From contig NW_026889814.1 of NCBI RefSeq assembly GCF_033153115.1, positions 1,736,001-1,800,000 on the forward strand: a DNA stretch of 64,000 nucleotides, written 5' to 3'. The DNA comes from Saccostrea echinata. Its lineage: Eukaryota. Positions 37,577-48,707 of the stretch are shown here, piece by piece. Both the position numbers and the translations under genes were made by a program. The first letter of the stretch is position 1, and the number at the start of each line of letters is the position of its first letter. Below the pieces are notes generated by a model. It was given only the letters and a program-made list of their open reading frames with translations, ran no database searches and was not told the DNA's origin.

Positions 37577-38785
37577 ATGGACGCACAAATGGTAAATATT
37601 TTGATTTGTCGAACTATTTTTGTTTTTGTTATTAGTACTACTGAATAAAATTATACACTTCTGATTAAAGTAATGTCAAAGTTTAATTATTTTCCTTTTA
37701 ATTTTTTTTTAAATGTGATTTGACTAAATGTTTTATTATTTAAAACTGTAAAGAAGATAAAAAAAATTTTTAAAACCCATCAGGAAGAAAACACACATGA
37801 TTTATTTAAAAACTTCCTCATATGGGATATATTCTGACATGGTCCGATTAAGGAGAAAGATAGTATTACATGTTTATCGTTTATAAGAACTAGTTATCTG
37901 TGGTAAATTACAAATTAAGATTGTATTTAGTTAACCTCTGATTTCCTTTGTTGAACAGGCTATAAATGAATTATCTGAAAAGGGCTTCAGAATTTTGAAC
38001 GATATCAGCATCAGTCCGAATAAATATATATACGACTTGTCCTACGCTGGTCATTCAAAAGTTAATGTTGCCGTGGAAACTCATGACAGCTTTGACTTTT
38101 CGTATTCAGACAACATTGGTATAGGACGTCTGTTCCACATTGCATCCTATTTATGTAATTTTGACTCTTCTGGTGATGTCTTTTTAAGTCTTGAAAGGAC
38201 AATAAAAACGCCAAATCATAATTATTATAATCATGCACGACAATGTTCATGGTTCCCTATTCATCTCACGAATGAATACATACCACATGGGATAGCAAAA
38301 TGCAAATCTACTGCAAAATTGCTGATCTCTCTTTGGAATCACAAGCCACGAAAACATTCCCAGGGAAAAATTTGGAAATTGATTCCAAGCAATCAAAAAT
38401 TTTGTGAATATGAATACGATAAAAGTAGGCCATTATTCAAATGCCCCACGTACATCACAGAAAATGGTAACGGGGACATATGTGTGTCAGATGAGGGAGC
38501 TGTAGTTGTGCTGAATGAAGTTGGAATGTTCCGATTTCGATACAAAGGTCTCACTGGTGACAAGAACTTTGATCCATATGGAATTTGTGCAGATTCTGCC
38601 CTAAACATTATCATTGCCGATATGAGGAACAAAAAATACACATGATTGATGAAAATGGCGGATATGTTTGTTACATACAGTATGAAAATATGGAAATGCC
38701 TCGGGCCTTGTGTATTGGTGAGAATGATGTACTTTATGTTGGTGAATGGAAATCTGGCAAAGTCAAAGTCATTTCTCCCATGTAA
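37577..38785 (+). CDS. Two-exon NHL-repeat (TRIM-NHL C-terminal-like beta-propeller) protein, ~280 aa, with a 1-nt frameshift in an A6 run
   Basis: Exon 1 37577-37591 (MDAQM|gt); exon 2 from 37959 (ag|AINELSEKGFRIL...). NHL-like blades PTYITENGNGDICVSD and FDPYGICADSALNIIIAD. Adding one A at 38631-38636 joins KIHMIDENG...PRALCIGENDVLYVGEWKSGKVKVISPM*. Confidence 0.75.
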
Positions 38786-38979
38786 ACACAATAATTCATT
38801 TGTAAGCGTCATTTATACCTATTTCTGCAATATTTGTTTCGTGAGGAGAATGACTATGTAAAGAGTTATTTAGGATTTTAATAAAAGAAATTTTCAATCT
38901 GGACGGTAAAAGGCCATAAATACCCGAATTTTGGATTCTGGAGGTGGATTCGGTGTTGTTTGAGATGAAGAGAACAATT

Positions 38980-40195
38980 AATGGAAACTGTCAACTAGAA
39001 TATGTAACACAACATAAACATCTTGGTGTTATTTTTTCATCTAAGTTAGGCTGGACTGATTACATTGATAGTATTGTCAGTAGAGGCTACAAAAAGCTTG
39101 GACGTTAATTTTCAGTGTCTAGAGATACTTTATCCAAAATTTACATTTCCTTTATTCCACCACAATTTGAGTATGCATCTGGAGTTTGGCTAGGCTGTTC
39201 GTTTGCAGATATTGAAAAACTTGAAAAGGTTCAACTGAGTGCTGCAAGAATTTTGACAGATCTGTCAGTATTAGCGTCAAGAAACTCATTGTATGTTGAA
39301 ACAGGATGGGAACCTCTTATAATAAGAAATGACAAAGCTAAACTTTTAACAATGTTTAAAATCCACATTAACTTAGTTCCTGATTAATATTTTCAAAATA
39401 TTGTACCAGTAGTTAATAGAAACAGTGTTTCAAGCTATAATACTCGTAATTCAAGTAATTATTTTTAACTGAAATGTAGGCTTGAATTACTCAATAAGTC
39501 ATTTGTCTCCGATACTACTCGCAAATGGAATTCATGAGTAACGAAACAAGGGAAATAACTTCAAGAGGAATTTTTAAAGGAAAATTGAATAATAATAATG
39601 ACAAACCTCCCAAGTATCTATCATACAGCAAAGGGTATCTGAACATCTTACATACAAAATTAAGACACGGTTGTTTTTTTAAATCATAACTTGTATAGAT
39701 GTAACATTATAACGAATCCAAATTATTCTTGTGGATATAAGGTGAATAGTCATTATTATTTCTTTGTGTGTAGAAAATATCTTGAAGCTAGACGTTTAAT
39801 GTTGAATACACAACTTGTAATTAATAATGTAAAAATGTTAAATGTGCATAAACTGCTATGGGGAGATGAATCATTATCTTTGCAGGAAAATGAAAAAAAT
39901 ATTTGTTCAGAATACTGGTCGTTTCGATTAACACTTACTTGTATTTACTACCTTTTAAACTATTTTAATATGGTTGTTTTCGTCATTATTATCATCATTA
40001 TATTAATTTATATTCCTTAGCAATAATAACTATTGTTTTTGTTCTTCTATGTTCATTTATATTATTGTAAAATTGTAAATCTTTGTAAGTGTTGTATGGC
40101 TATTAAAATTTTACTTATCGGAGAGGACTATCTTAGTTTTTAGAACTTGTGTCCAATCCCTTTAACATATTGTCAATAAAATATGTTCAAAACAA
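38980..40195 (+). mobile_element. 5'-truncated, decayed CR1-group LINE
   Basis: HKHLGVIFSSKLGW, FEYASGVW, KLEKVQLSAARILT, ETGWEPL, HTKLRH, HYYFFVC, LLWGD; 3' UTR ending caataaaatatgttcaaaac. Confidence 0.88.
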
Positions 40196-40330
40196 CAATG
40201 GAAAGAAACTATGCATTGGTTATCGCAATCAATGTTACAAATAGAAAAACCATCAACAACAAAAAGGTTTCAGACATGTGTGTACACCATGACACTTTTT
40301 AGTATAAAAAAAATTCTAATAAAAATGTTA

Positions 40331-40475
40331 CAATTTAATTCATTTTCCTAAGGAAAATATCATGCTTTTTCGCTAATAATTTACAAAATTAGATAAGGTA
40401 AAATTCTCTTATTATACAGTTAATACTTCCATGGATACTTATTGTATAATTTCCTTAGGAAAGTGAATTAAATTG
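40331..40475. mobile_element. TA-TSD MITE
   Basis: TA|CAATTTAATTCATTTTCCTAAGGAAA...TTTCCTTAGGAAAGTGAATTAAATTG|TA. Confidence 0.8.
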
Positions 40476-41647
40476 TATGGAAGCTCGTGCTTGCTTCGAA
40501 GTCTTAACTTACTAGATATTGTCTATACGCGATGTTTTCTTTTTTCTTTTCTTTTCTTTCTAACTTTTTTTGGAGGGGGGGGGGGGATCAGTTTATAGTG
40601 CACGATATAATGAATATATTCATGTATTCGTTACTTACATGTTTATTTTCATGGGCGTATTTTTACTATGAGGATTTTAATTAAATACATTAGTTTACTT
40701 TCTTTTTCTTTGCTAAAAACGAAAACGATCTTTCTAAAGATTCGTTTGTCATAATTTACATATATTATAAATAACTAACGATTGCTGTTTTTTTTTTTTT
40801 TTACCAGCACACTGTTATATTTAAAATGTATTTAAAAATATGAATACATCACTACAGACCGAACGTCTGTTTATGATATGAAAATAACTTTTAGGTTTTT
40901 TTCTTTGTTATCTTTCAATAGATTTCTACGTCATAATGTATTTTACGTACCTCAAGGTTATATCTGCTTGACATTATGGTTGCATTGAGCGATGTGGATT
41001 TTGAAAAACTGAATAGTCTCAACTTCACTATAGAAAATTGGATCTTCCATTGTGCATGTTGGATTGTGAGACAACGAATCTATGAATGTGAACAGGAAAC
41101 TTGTTGTATAGGAATTTTGCCTCATTTTAAGTGGTGTTTAACAGCAGATGGACGCACAAATAGTAAATGTTGATTTTTTTCATTCATCTTACTTTTTTAA
41201 TTATGAAAGGATTTTGATAAAAATTGAATCTAGTGTTACAAAAATGTACAACCTTACATGTGTACTATAATAAAATGTAATATAATTTTAGAGCAGAAAA
41301 CTTTTTAAGCCCTAAATTTCTTCTTTTTTTTTAATGCAAGGAGTCTAAGGTTCATGTTTCTTTCTTTCAAATATACTTTTTGAACATTTTTCTTACTGTA
41401 TTTAATATTGACATCAATAAAATAACTCATAAATGGAAACATTCATTCATCAATCCTATCCCACACTCTAGATAAGATTATATTATGGTAGAACCTAGAA
41501 CACACCTTATTTTATTGTCTGCAAGATCGGTGACCTACATCTTAAATTGCAAGTAGATAACTAACAATAGTAAACATGTGTTACCAATGTTCAAAATGTG
41601 TTACCAATGGTTAAAACTTGTGACCAAAGTTATCAGTGGTGAAACCT

Positions 41648-42726
41648 TAGCTGCAATGATGTGTGGGTGTGTGGGTGTGTGTGTGTGTGGGGGGGGGGGG
41701 GGCTACAACTTCTTAGGATCTCCGTAATGGTGCAAGTGCGGGAGTGATTCACTACCGCAATGATTTTGATTCAAAGCATCAGTAAATGGCTGTTTTATTA
41801 ACATTACTTACCTGAACTCAAAAATGTAATTATTCAAGTAAGACATGAATTCATCCAAAAATGTTCAGAATAATCTATATATCGGTTAGTGTTTGTGTAT
41901 GTCATAATCACAACTTGAATCTATCCGCCATGTTTACTGACTTTGATCGATTTTATTTTGGGACAGCCAATGAGAATTCAGAGAGCGAATCTATTAAAGA
42001 TTCGGAATTCCCTTATTTTAAGCATAAAGAAATATCACTGTTTATAAAAAATGTTTCATATGGAATGCTTTGATTCATCGATGTTTAGAGAAACCATACA
42101 ACACATGCATTTATAAACACCGACATTTACTTAATCAAGCCTTTCTAAATTTCAAGCGCAAGTCTCAGTTTATCACGCAAGAACTGTCATGGCAGCTGAA
42201 GAAGAGGTAACCACGCAGAATTATTATGCCCCCCTTCGAAGAAGGGAGGGAATAATGCTTTGCTGCTGTCTGTCGATCGGTGTGTCGGTCTGTCTGTCGG
42301 TCCACCAACAATTTCCGTTCATTTTCTTTTCAGTGGTTGCACAAACTGAAATGAAATTTGGTATACAGATTTATCATAAAAATATCTAGATCAAGTTCTG
42401 TTTTCAGTACGATCGAGCAATTTTTGTGAAAGTTATGCTCCTTGGACTCAGAAAAATTCCAATTATTGGGGGGGGGGGGGGATAAGTGTTTCACAAATAT
42501 CTCTTGTTGTACCTTGTTTTAGCGTATAAAGGGCTAGGTTATTGGTAATGAATAAAGAATCAATCTTATTGGAAGAAAGTTAGATGCGAAAGGAATTTAT
42601 TTTGCGTGCATTTGGCCGTATTCAAAAATATTTTTACACCATTACGGAGATCCTACGGAATTGTAGCCCTCTCCTGAAAACACCAGGGAATAAAAAATAT
42701 CGGAGATAGCTACGTTATTGCAGTTA
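41648..42726. mobile_element. MULE-like composite insertion (9-bp TSD)
   Basis: Termini TAGCTGCAAT...ATTGCAGTTA; TSD GTGAAACCT at 41639-41647 and 42727-42735; empty site at ~3140-3150. Internal inverted pair GGGCTACAA..GGATCTCCGTAATGGTG (~41700) and CACCATTACGGAGATCC..TTGTAGCCC (~42669). Confidence 0.88.
42221..42509 (+). mobile_element. HINE/Helentron-like non-autonomous element
   Basis: 5' TTATGCCCCCCTTCGAAGAAGGGAGGG hairpin, (CTGT/CGGT) microsatellite, 3' G-run and tgtttcacaaatatctcttgtt. Confidence 0.7.
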
Positions 42727-44271
42727 GTGAAACCTAGAATGTATCTATTATTTGTGGTTTTGCTTCACTGATGACATATCTTTATGATAATGTCCTCTTG
42801 AATCTGTGAAAATTTCATAAATGTTTAAATACAATAAATATGAGAAGAATCCATCCTTAAAACAAAATTATTGATTGTGCTTTTTGAAATCCAAGACGTC
42901 TCCATCAGTACTAAGTATTTCATCCTGCTAATATTGAAATGTAATACAAAAATATTGAAAAGATGTTGCTAAATTTTAAAAACAGTAAAAATAAAATGCA
43001 CTTATAAATAATAAGTAGTCAATACGATGTATTATGTTTTTAGATTAAACATGTGATAACATCTTTTAAACAGGCGATAAATGAAGTATCTCGACGTGGC
43101 TTTAAAATTTTGAAAGAAATCAGCATCAGTCCGAAGAAATATATATATGACCTCTGCAGAGCTCTTGATTCAATATGTGTTGCCGTGGAAACGGATATAA
43201 CCAGGGGGACTTCGTGCTTGCCCCTGGTGGAGACATATGATTCATCTCCTACAATGAGTCATATTTACTTTACTCCTATTTTTATTCTCACTTATTCATC
43301 CTTAACAACGCAATAAAAACCCCATCTTGTAACTACCATCATACATCATCAGAGCTCTAAAGAACAATGGAAGTATATTTCCAAATACCAACCGGCTACA
43401 AACCACATGGACTAGCAAATTGCAGATCTGGACGTCTGCTGCTCTGTCTTTGGAATCAAAGGCCACGTGAAAAATCTCAAGGAAAAGTCTGCAAAATGTT
43501 TGTGAATAATACATGCAATGCAACAAATTTGTGAATATGAATACGATAAAAGTGGATTCCACACACACACACACACACCCTCCCAAAAAATATCAAGGTA
43601 TTGAACTTTTAAAAAAAAAAAGAAAAGAAAATAATTTTAGAAGTAGATAGCGATTAGAAGAGAGAATCCAGTCTATTAGAGATGAAGAGGGCAGTGGAAA
43701 GAAACTGCATACCATTTTTCAACAACGATAGCAATAACAATAAAAACTCTTAAAAGTATAACAGAATTAACTTATCAATAATGTAATATTATTGGAAATA
43801 AATTGGAAATGATATGTTTTATGCATTCATATGTATCTAAGCATTTTTGTGTTAAGAATTTAGCTATCTGTATATTATATAATGTGTTAACTTACGCTTC
43901 GTAAACTACTTTCATGTTATGTAATTAATAGTCTCAGGTTTTAGGGACCTTGCGGTGTTTAGCTAATAGTTACAATGTGATCACGTGATCAGTGTCAATG
44001 TTAGATGCTCAAGCTGCAAGTGTCTGTGCACGCTGAAATTTGTAAAGGAAAACATACCCACCACCACCCCGTTCAACCGTCCCATGGGTAGTTAATTCTT
44101 TACATAGTGTTATCATTTTGGTTGCAATTGAAAAGGGAGATAACTTCTAATGAACAGTAATAGTTAATTTGTACCTACTTTTACTGGTAATACATATATT
44201 GTCCTAAATTAAAAATTAACCATTTGATATAAAATCAAATAATCTTAATTGTTTGTTACCACTTTATTTTT

Positions 44272-45590
44272 TATGGCATGTCAAACTTTGCAATATTCGA
44301 TCTTTTCCATTTGTATTGTATAACTTTCCATTTGTATTGTATAATTTTTATTGTATTGTATAATTTTTCATTTGTATTGTATAATTTTTCATTTGTATTG
44401 TATAATTTTCAATTCGTATTGTATAATTTTTATTTGTATTCTATAATTTTCCATTTGGATTTTATAATTTTCCATTTGGATTGTATAATGTTTATTTGTA
44501 TTCTATATTTTCCATTTGTGTTGTAAAAAAAATCATTTGTATTGTATAATTTTTCATTTGTATTCTATATTTTCCATTTGCATTGTATAATTTCTTATTT
44601 GTATGCGATAATTTCTTATTTGTATGCGATAATTTTTCATTTGTATTGTATCCGAGGATTGTTTATTTATTTCGTTACGAAGGATGTCATTGGTCATAAA
44701 ATTTAGTCTGTATAAAGGTCTCAGGTGCCCATCACAAACTTAGTCTGGTACCCTTCCCACAATTCCGATCGCGCACTCTCTACAAACACAAACTCGGCTC
44801 CTCTATTTGCGGTGCATGCTAAGGGACGACCATTTGATTCTCGGGGGGTGTCGAATCCGATTATTTATTTTCATTCTCTCGCAGGAGAGAATATTTATTT
44901 CCAATATGACCAGAGACAAGGAGAAAAACAAAAAGAAGAAAATCCGCCCAAACCCGAAAACTCAGTTTTTTGGGGGTGGGGGTAGTTACCACCACTCAAG
45001 GTCAATTTATTTATTTTCTCAGTCAGCATTCCTAAGGACAGATTATTTATTTGCCATCTACCAGCGCTCCCTTTTTAGAATCCAATGACCGTCTAACATG
45101 CACGCAAATACATATGCCGCCGAAATATGGCTGAAATATTGCCGACTCGGCGTTAAACAATAATCAATCAATCAATCAAGCAAATACATATGAGCCCAGT
45201 TTGCTTTGAGCATCCGGAACATCTTCAACCCGATACAGGCTGAAACTTGACCAATGAAATCCTTCGTAACGAAACAAATAAACAGTCCGCGGATACAATA
45301 CAAATGAAAAATTATCGCATACAAATAAGAAATTTTACAATACAAATAAGAAATTATACAATGCAAATGGAAAATTATACAATACAAATAAAAATTATAC
45401 AATACAAATGAAAATTATACAATACAAATAGAAAATTATAGAATACAAATAAAAATTATACAATACAAATGAAAAATTATACAATACAAATAGAAAATTA
45501 TACAATACAAATAAAAATTATACAATGCAAATGGAAAATTATACAATGCAAATGCAAAAGATCGAATATTGCAACGTTTGACATGTCATA
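44272..45590. mobile_element. IS3EU-like foldback element with inverted 21-bp tandem arrays
   Basis: TATGGCATGTCAAA...TTTGACATGTCATA; perfect 6-bp TSD ATTTTT; arms 44272-~44695 and ~45248-45590 built from (TTTCCATTTGTATTGTATAAT)n. Confidence 0.88.
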
Positions 45591-45992
45591 ATTTTTCAAC
45601 AAAAGTGTTTGATAAAACTTGGGCTTTTGGTTGGCCTATTGTTGGTTGCCACCTTATTTTTCACCATAAGTGTTTGATAAAATTGTATTTTTGATTACTA
45701 TCATGCTGTTCCTTTAAGTTTTGGGAGATCCAAATCCTGGTGTATATACAAATTGTAGAAAAACATGGGATCTCCCAATTTTCATGTCTTACCTTTGTGT
45801 CATTAATAAATGACATATTTACAACTACATTCATTCTTAGTTTTGTATTCTGGCTGAAAAATAACAAAGCTGCGGGAAACAATATGTTTAAAAATTTTCA
45901 TTCTGAGCATGGAAGGCATAAAATGTATTAAGGTTCTCAAATCACAAGTCAAAGTATAAAACTTTGGAAATTTTTTAGTAAGAAATGCAAAA

Positions 45993-46506
45993 ATAACTAG
46001 AGATACTGTGGGTACTGAGCTCACAAAATGATACCCCCATCCAGGCTACCATAAGAGTAAAATGAGAAAGTCCATTTTTTGCTCTGGGAAAGCCCAAATA
46101 TATGTCCGATCAAAACATAAAGTAGGAGGCACAATGGCGCTATGTGATAAAGATACTGTTAAAGTCTCACTAAATTTTATGGTATAGGAGGAGTTGCGGA
46201 TAAGAGATGGGTACTCCCAATATTATAGAACGAATGGCAGTGCCTATGTTTTGATATGAGAAACCCCAAATATTTCTCCGATCAGAAAGTAAAATAGGAG
46301 GTGAGCTATGGCAGTATGTAACAAGGATTCTGTGAAAGTATCATTAAATTTTAGTCAGTGGTAGAAGAGGAGTTGCGGATAAGAGATGAGTACTAGTATC
46401 CCAAAGCGTAATAAACCGGCGGACGGAGGGACGGATGTACAGACGGACACCCCCATCACTTTTTCAACCCCCGCATTTCAAGCCGGAGGGGGGGGGGGGG
46501 ATAAAA
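45993..46506 (-). mobile_element. HINE/Helentron-like element with two ~175-bp internal repeats
   Basis: Terminal cccccgc...gggggg hairpin next to a (GACG/GACA) microsatellite; duplicated core 'ggagttgcggataagagatg' at ~46190 and ~46369. Confidence 0.7.
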
Positions 46507-47675
46507 ATGCTACTTTTCAATAGATTTACAAATCTATTCCTATTGTTTCGAAGAGATATCGTACTATATCCTGAGTGCATGACGATCTACTAAAAAACTT
46601 GTGATTTCTTTTTTATTTTCATAAATGTACCGTACAGTTACATGTGTATACAGCCTTTAGATAAGGATAAGCATCTAGTCTTGCTGTTTGCTTTTTTCTT
46701 TCTAGATTGAGTAATTGAAAGGGTCATCGTCAGGTTTCTGTTAAAGGGGGATGCAAACGAGGTTGTGGGATGGGTACCCACTCTCTGTCATTTTTTAAAA
46801 TAATTGGTTACCATTTTGCTGTTTTGATGCATTCCTGATGTCTTTTTTCACTTATATTTGAAATATAAAAAAAATCTATCAGCATTACTTTAAATAGATG
46901 AAAAAAAGAATTTTATTTTGTATTTAGAATGATATGATCGAGTGTTCTTTTAAAAGGGTGCAATCCCCCCCCCCCCTCCTCCCCCCGTCCCGATGGCCTT
47001 TTGATGTATTGTAGATAATAAATAGTCACATTTTTCGTCGAGTTATTTTTTGCCATTAGTTACTAACAGGTGTTTCCCTTGTTTAATTTGCAGTATCCTA
47101 TACACATTTCATTTCACACATTGGAATAGATTAATTCCTTATATTGCTGGCCTTACCTTTTTACATATACTCAGTTTATTTCATTTGTAAGTTGTAATTG
47201 AAATGATTATGTGTGGCATTAAATTATTTTGTATCTGAAATGATACAGAAATTCATTATAGCAGTAGTCATACTCTCTATCCTTCCGTTTCAGTAGACCG
47301 GAAGTGATAAAAGAAATAAAAAGACTACAGGAAAAAATATATTTTGGTTACAGCTGACAAAGCTTGTAACAATATATTCTTTGTTTGTGACGCTTATAAT
47401 TACAACTGCATTTTAGAAGAACGTGGTTTTAATTCCATATTTTGTAATCAAACCTATACCCACCTTTCAAAGGCTGAAATCCTTCAAAATCACTTTTCAG
47501 TTTCAAATGCGTTAAACATTTCAGTCAATGGAAGAGAGTTTGATTTACCGTGCCTATACTGGATTCCAAAACTTCATAAAAATCCTTTCGAGGAAATATT
47601 GCACGGTTCAGTAAAAATTCTTCCTCTTCATCAAAATATTAACTGCTATGAAGGAGATACAGACGTGCTACAATA

Positions 47676-48123
47676 TATTAAATTCGCTACGCAAGAGCTT
47701 GCACTACGTACGAAGAGTTTTTAAAACGAAGCAAGGTATTGACAAATAAGTTGATAATACAAGGATATCAACAGTACCGTTGAAAGTCAACATTTCGAAA
47801 ACTCTATAGTCGACTCAATGACCTAGCTAGCTTGTTAGGAAATACAATTTATCGTTAAGTCGAATGTTGACTGACTTTTTCATACAAAATTGTTCGCCAC
47901 TATTTTAAACTGAATTGTCTATCGTAATAACGGATTTTTCCGTTTGCCCGACCATGACAAGAAGCACGCCGCGGGTATGAAGGGTCGACTTGGGGTGCTT
48001 ACTCCTCCATAGCACCTGATCCCACTTCTGGTGTTTTAGAAGTCCATGTTTGCTCTGTTCCCAATTTGTATTGTTCCAATGGACTTTTAAGCTTGATTAC
48101 TGTTCGTTATCTTCATATTTCAT
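47676..48123 (+). mobile_element. 5'-truncated related Penelope-like copy nested in the older copy
   Basis: IRYARACTTYEEFLKRSKVLTNKLIIQGY..FRKLYSR plus the 3' motif; host RT resumes at ~48124. Confidence 0.75.
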
Positions 48124-48519
48124 TCAAGAAGTGGTGTAAATCAAATGTAGATTCTAAAAAAAACTCCAAAGAACTAATAGTCTTTTGGAAAATTTAAAAT
48201 CTCAAAATGTTTCAAACATCAATAGCATCAAAACATATGACTTTCTTTACAACCATTCCTCATGATATATTAAAGAACAGGCTTTTTGGCATCATAAACA
48301 AGTTATATTCCCATTGAAGAAGAATTTATTCAAAAACTTTTTCATGAGAAGAAATTTTTTTGTTGTGGCCTTCAACTCAACATAAAAATAATTCCACGAC
48401 GTTTTATCAAGTAACAATAGTTACTTTAATACTCGTATGTCGACTCGATACATCCCAGTGAGTTAGTAATAAAAGACAGTCTGCCACGTCTGTTTCATAT
48501 TTGGATGTTTTGCTGACTA

Positions 48520-48707
48520 CTGTTAATCTGTTATTCGCGAGAACTTTATTTTCGTGTAAATACGCGAGACAGTCTTCTCGTCAAAATTTCATTCTTGCGT
48601 ATAATATAGAGCAATAATCAAAATTCGAGGAAAATTTTCTCTCGCTAATAAAGAGTAAATGACGAGCTTACGAAAATAAGTTGTCGCCAAAATTTGATGA
48701 TCTACAG
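48520..48707. mobile_element. TA-TSD MITE inside the Penelope-like RT
   Basis: TA|CTGT...ACAG|TA; removal restores LLTIDDNG. Confidence 0.8.

Larger units (their letters stand above)
41148..43555 (+). pseudogene. Decayed, 3'-truncated tandem paralogue of the NHL-repeat gene
   Basis: Exon 1 41148-41162 (MDAQI|gt); exon 2 from 43074, AINEVSRRGFKILKEISISPKKYIYDL...VAVET. Frameshifted remnants PHGLANCRSGRLLLCLWNQRPREKSQGK and CEYEYDKS, then homology stops. Confidence 0.85.

Noticed and set aside
38393-38812. 139-aa minus-strand ORF
   Set aside because: Antisense shadow of the NHL coding exon
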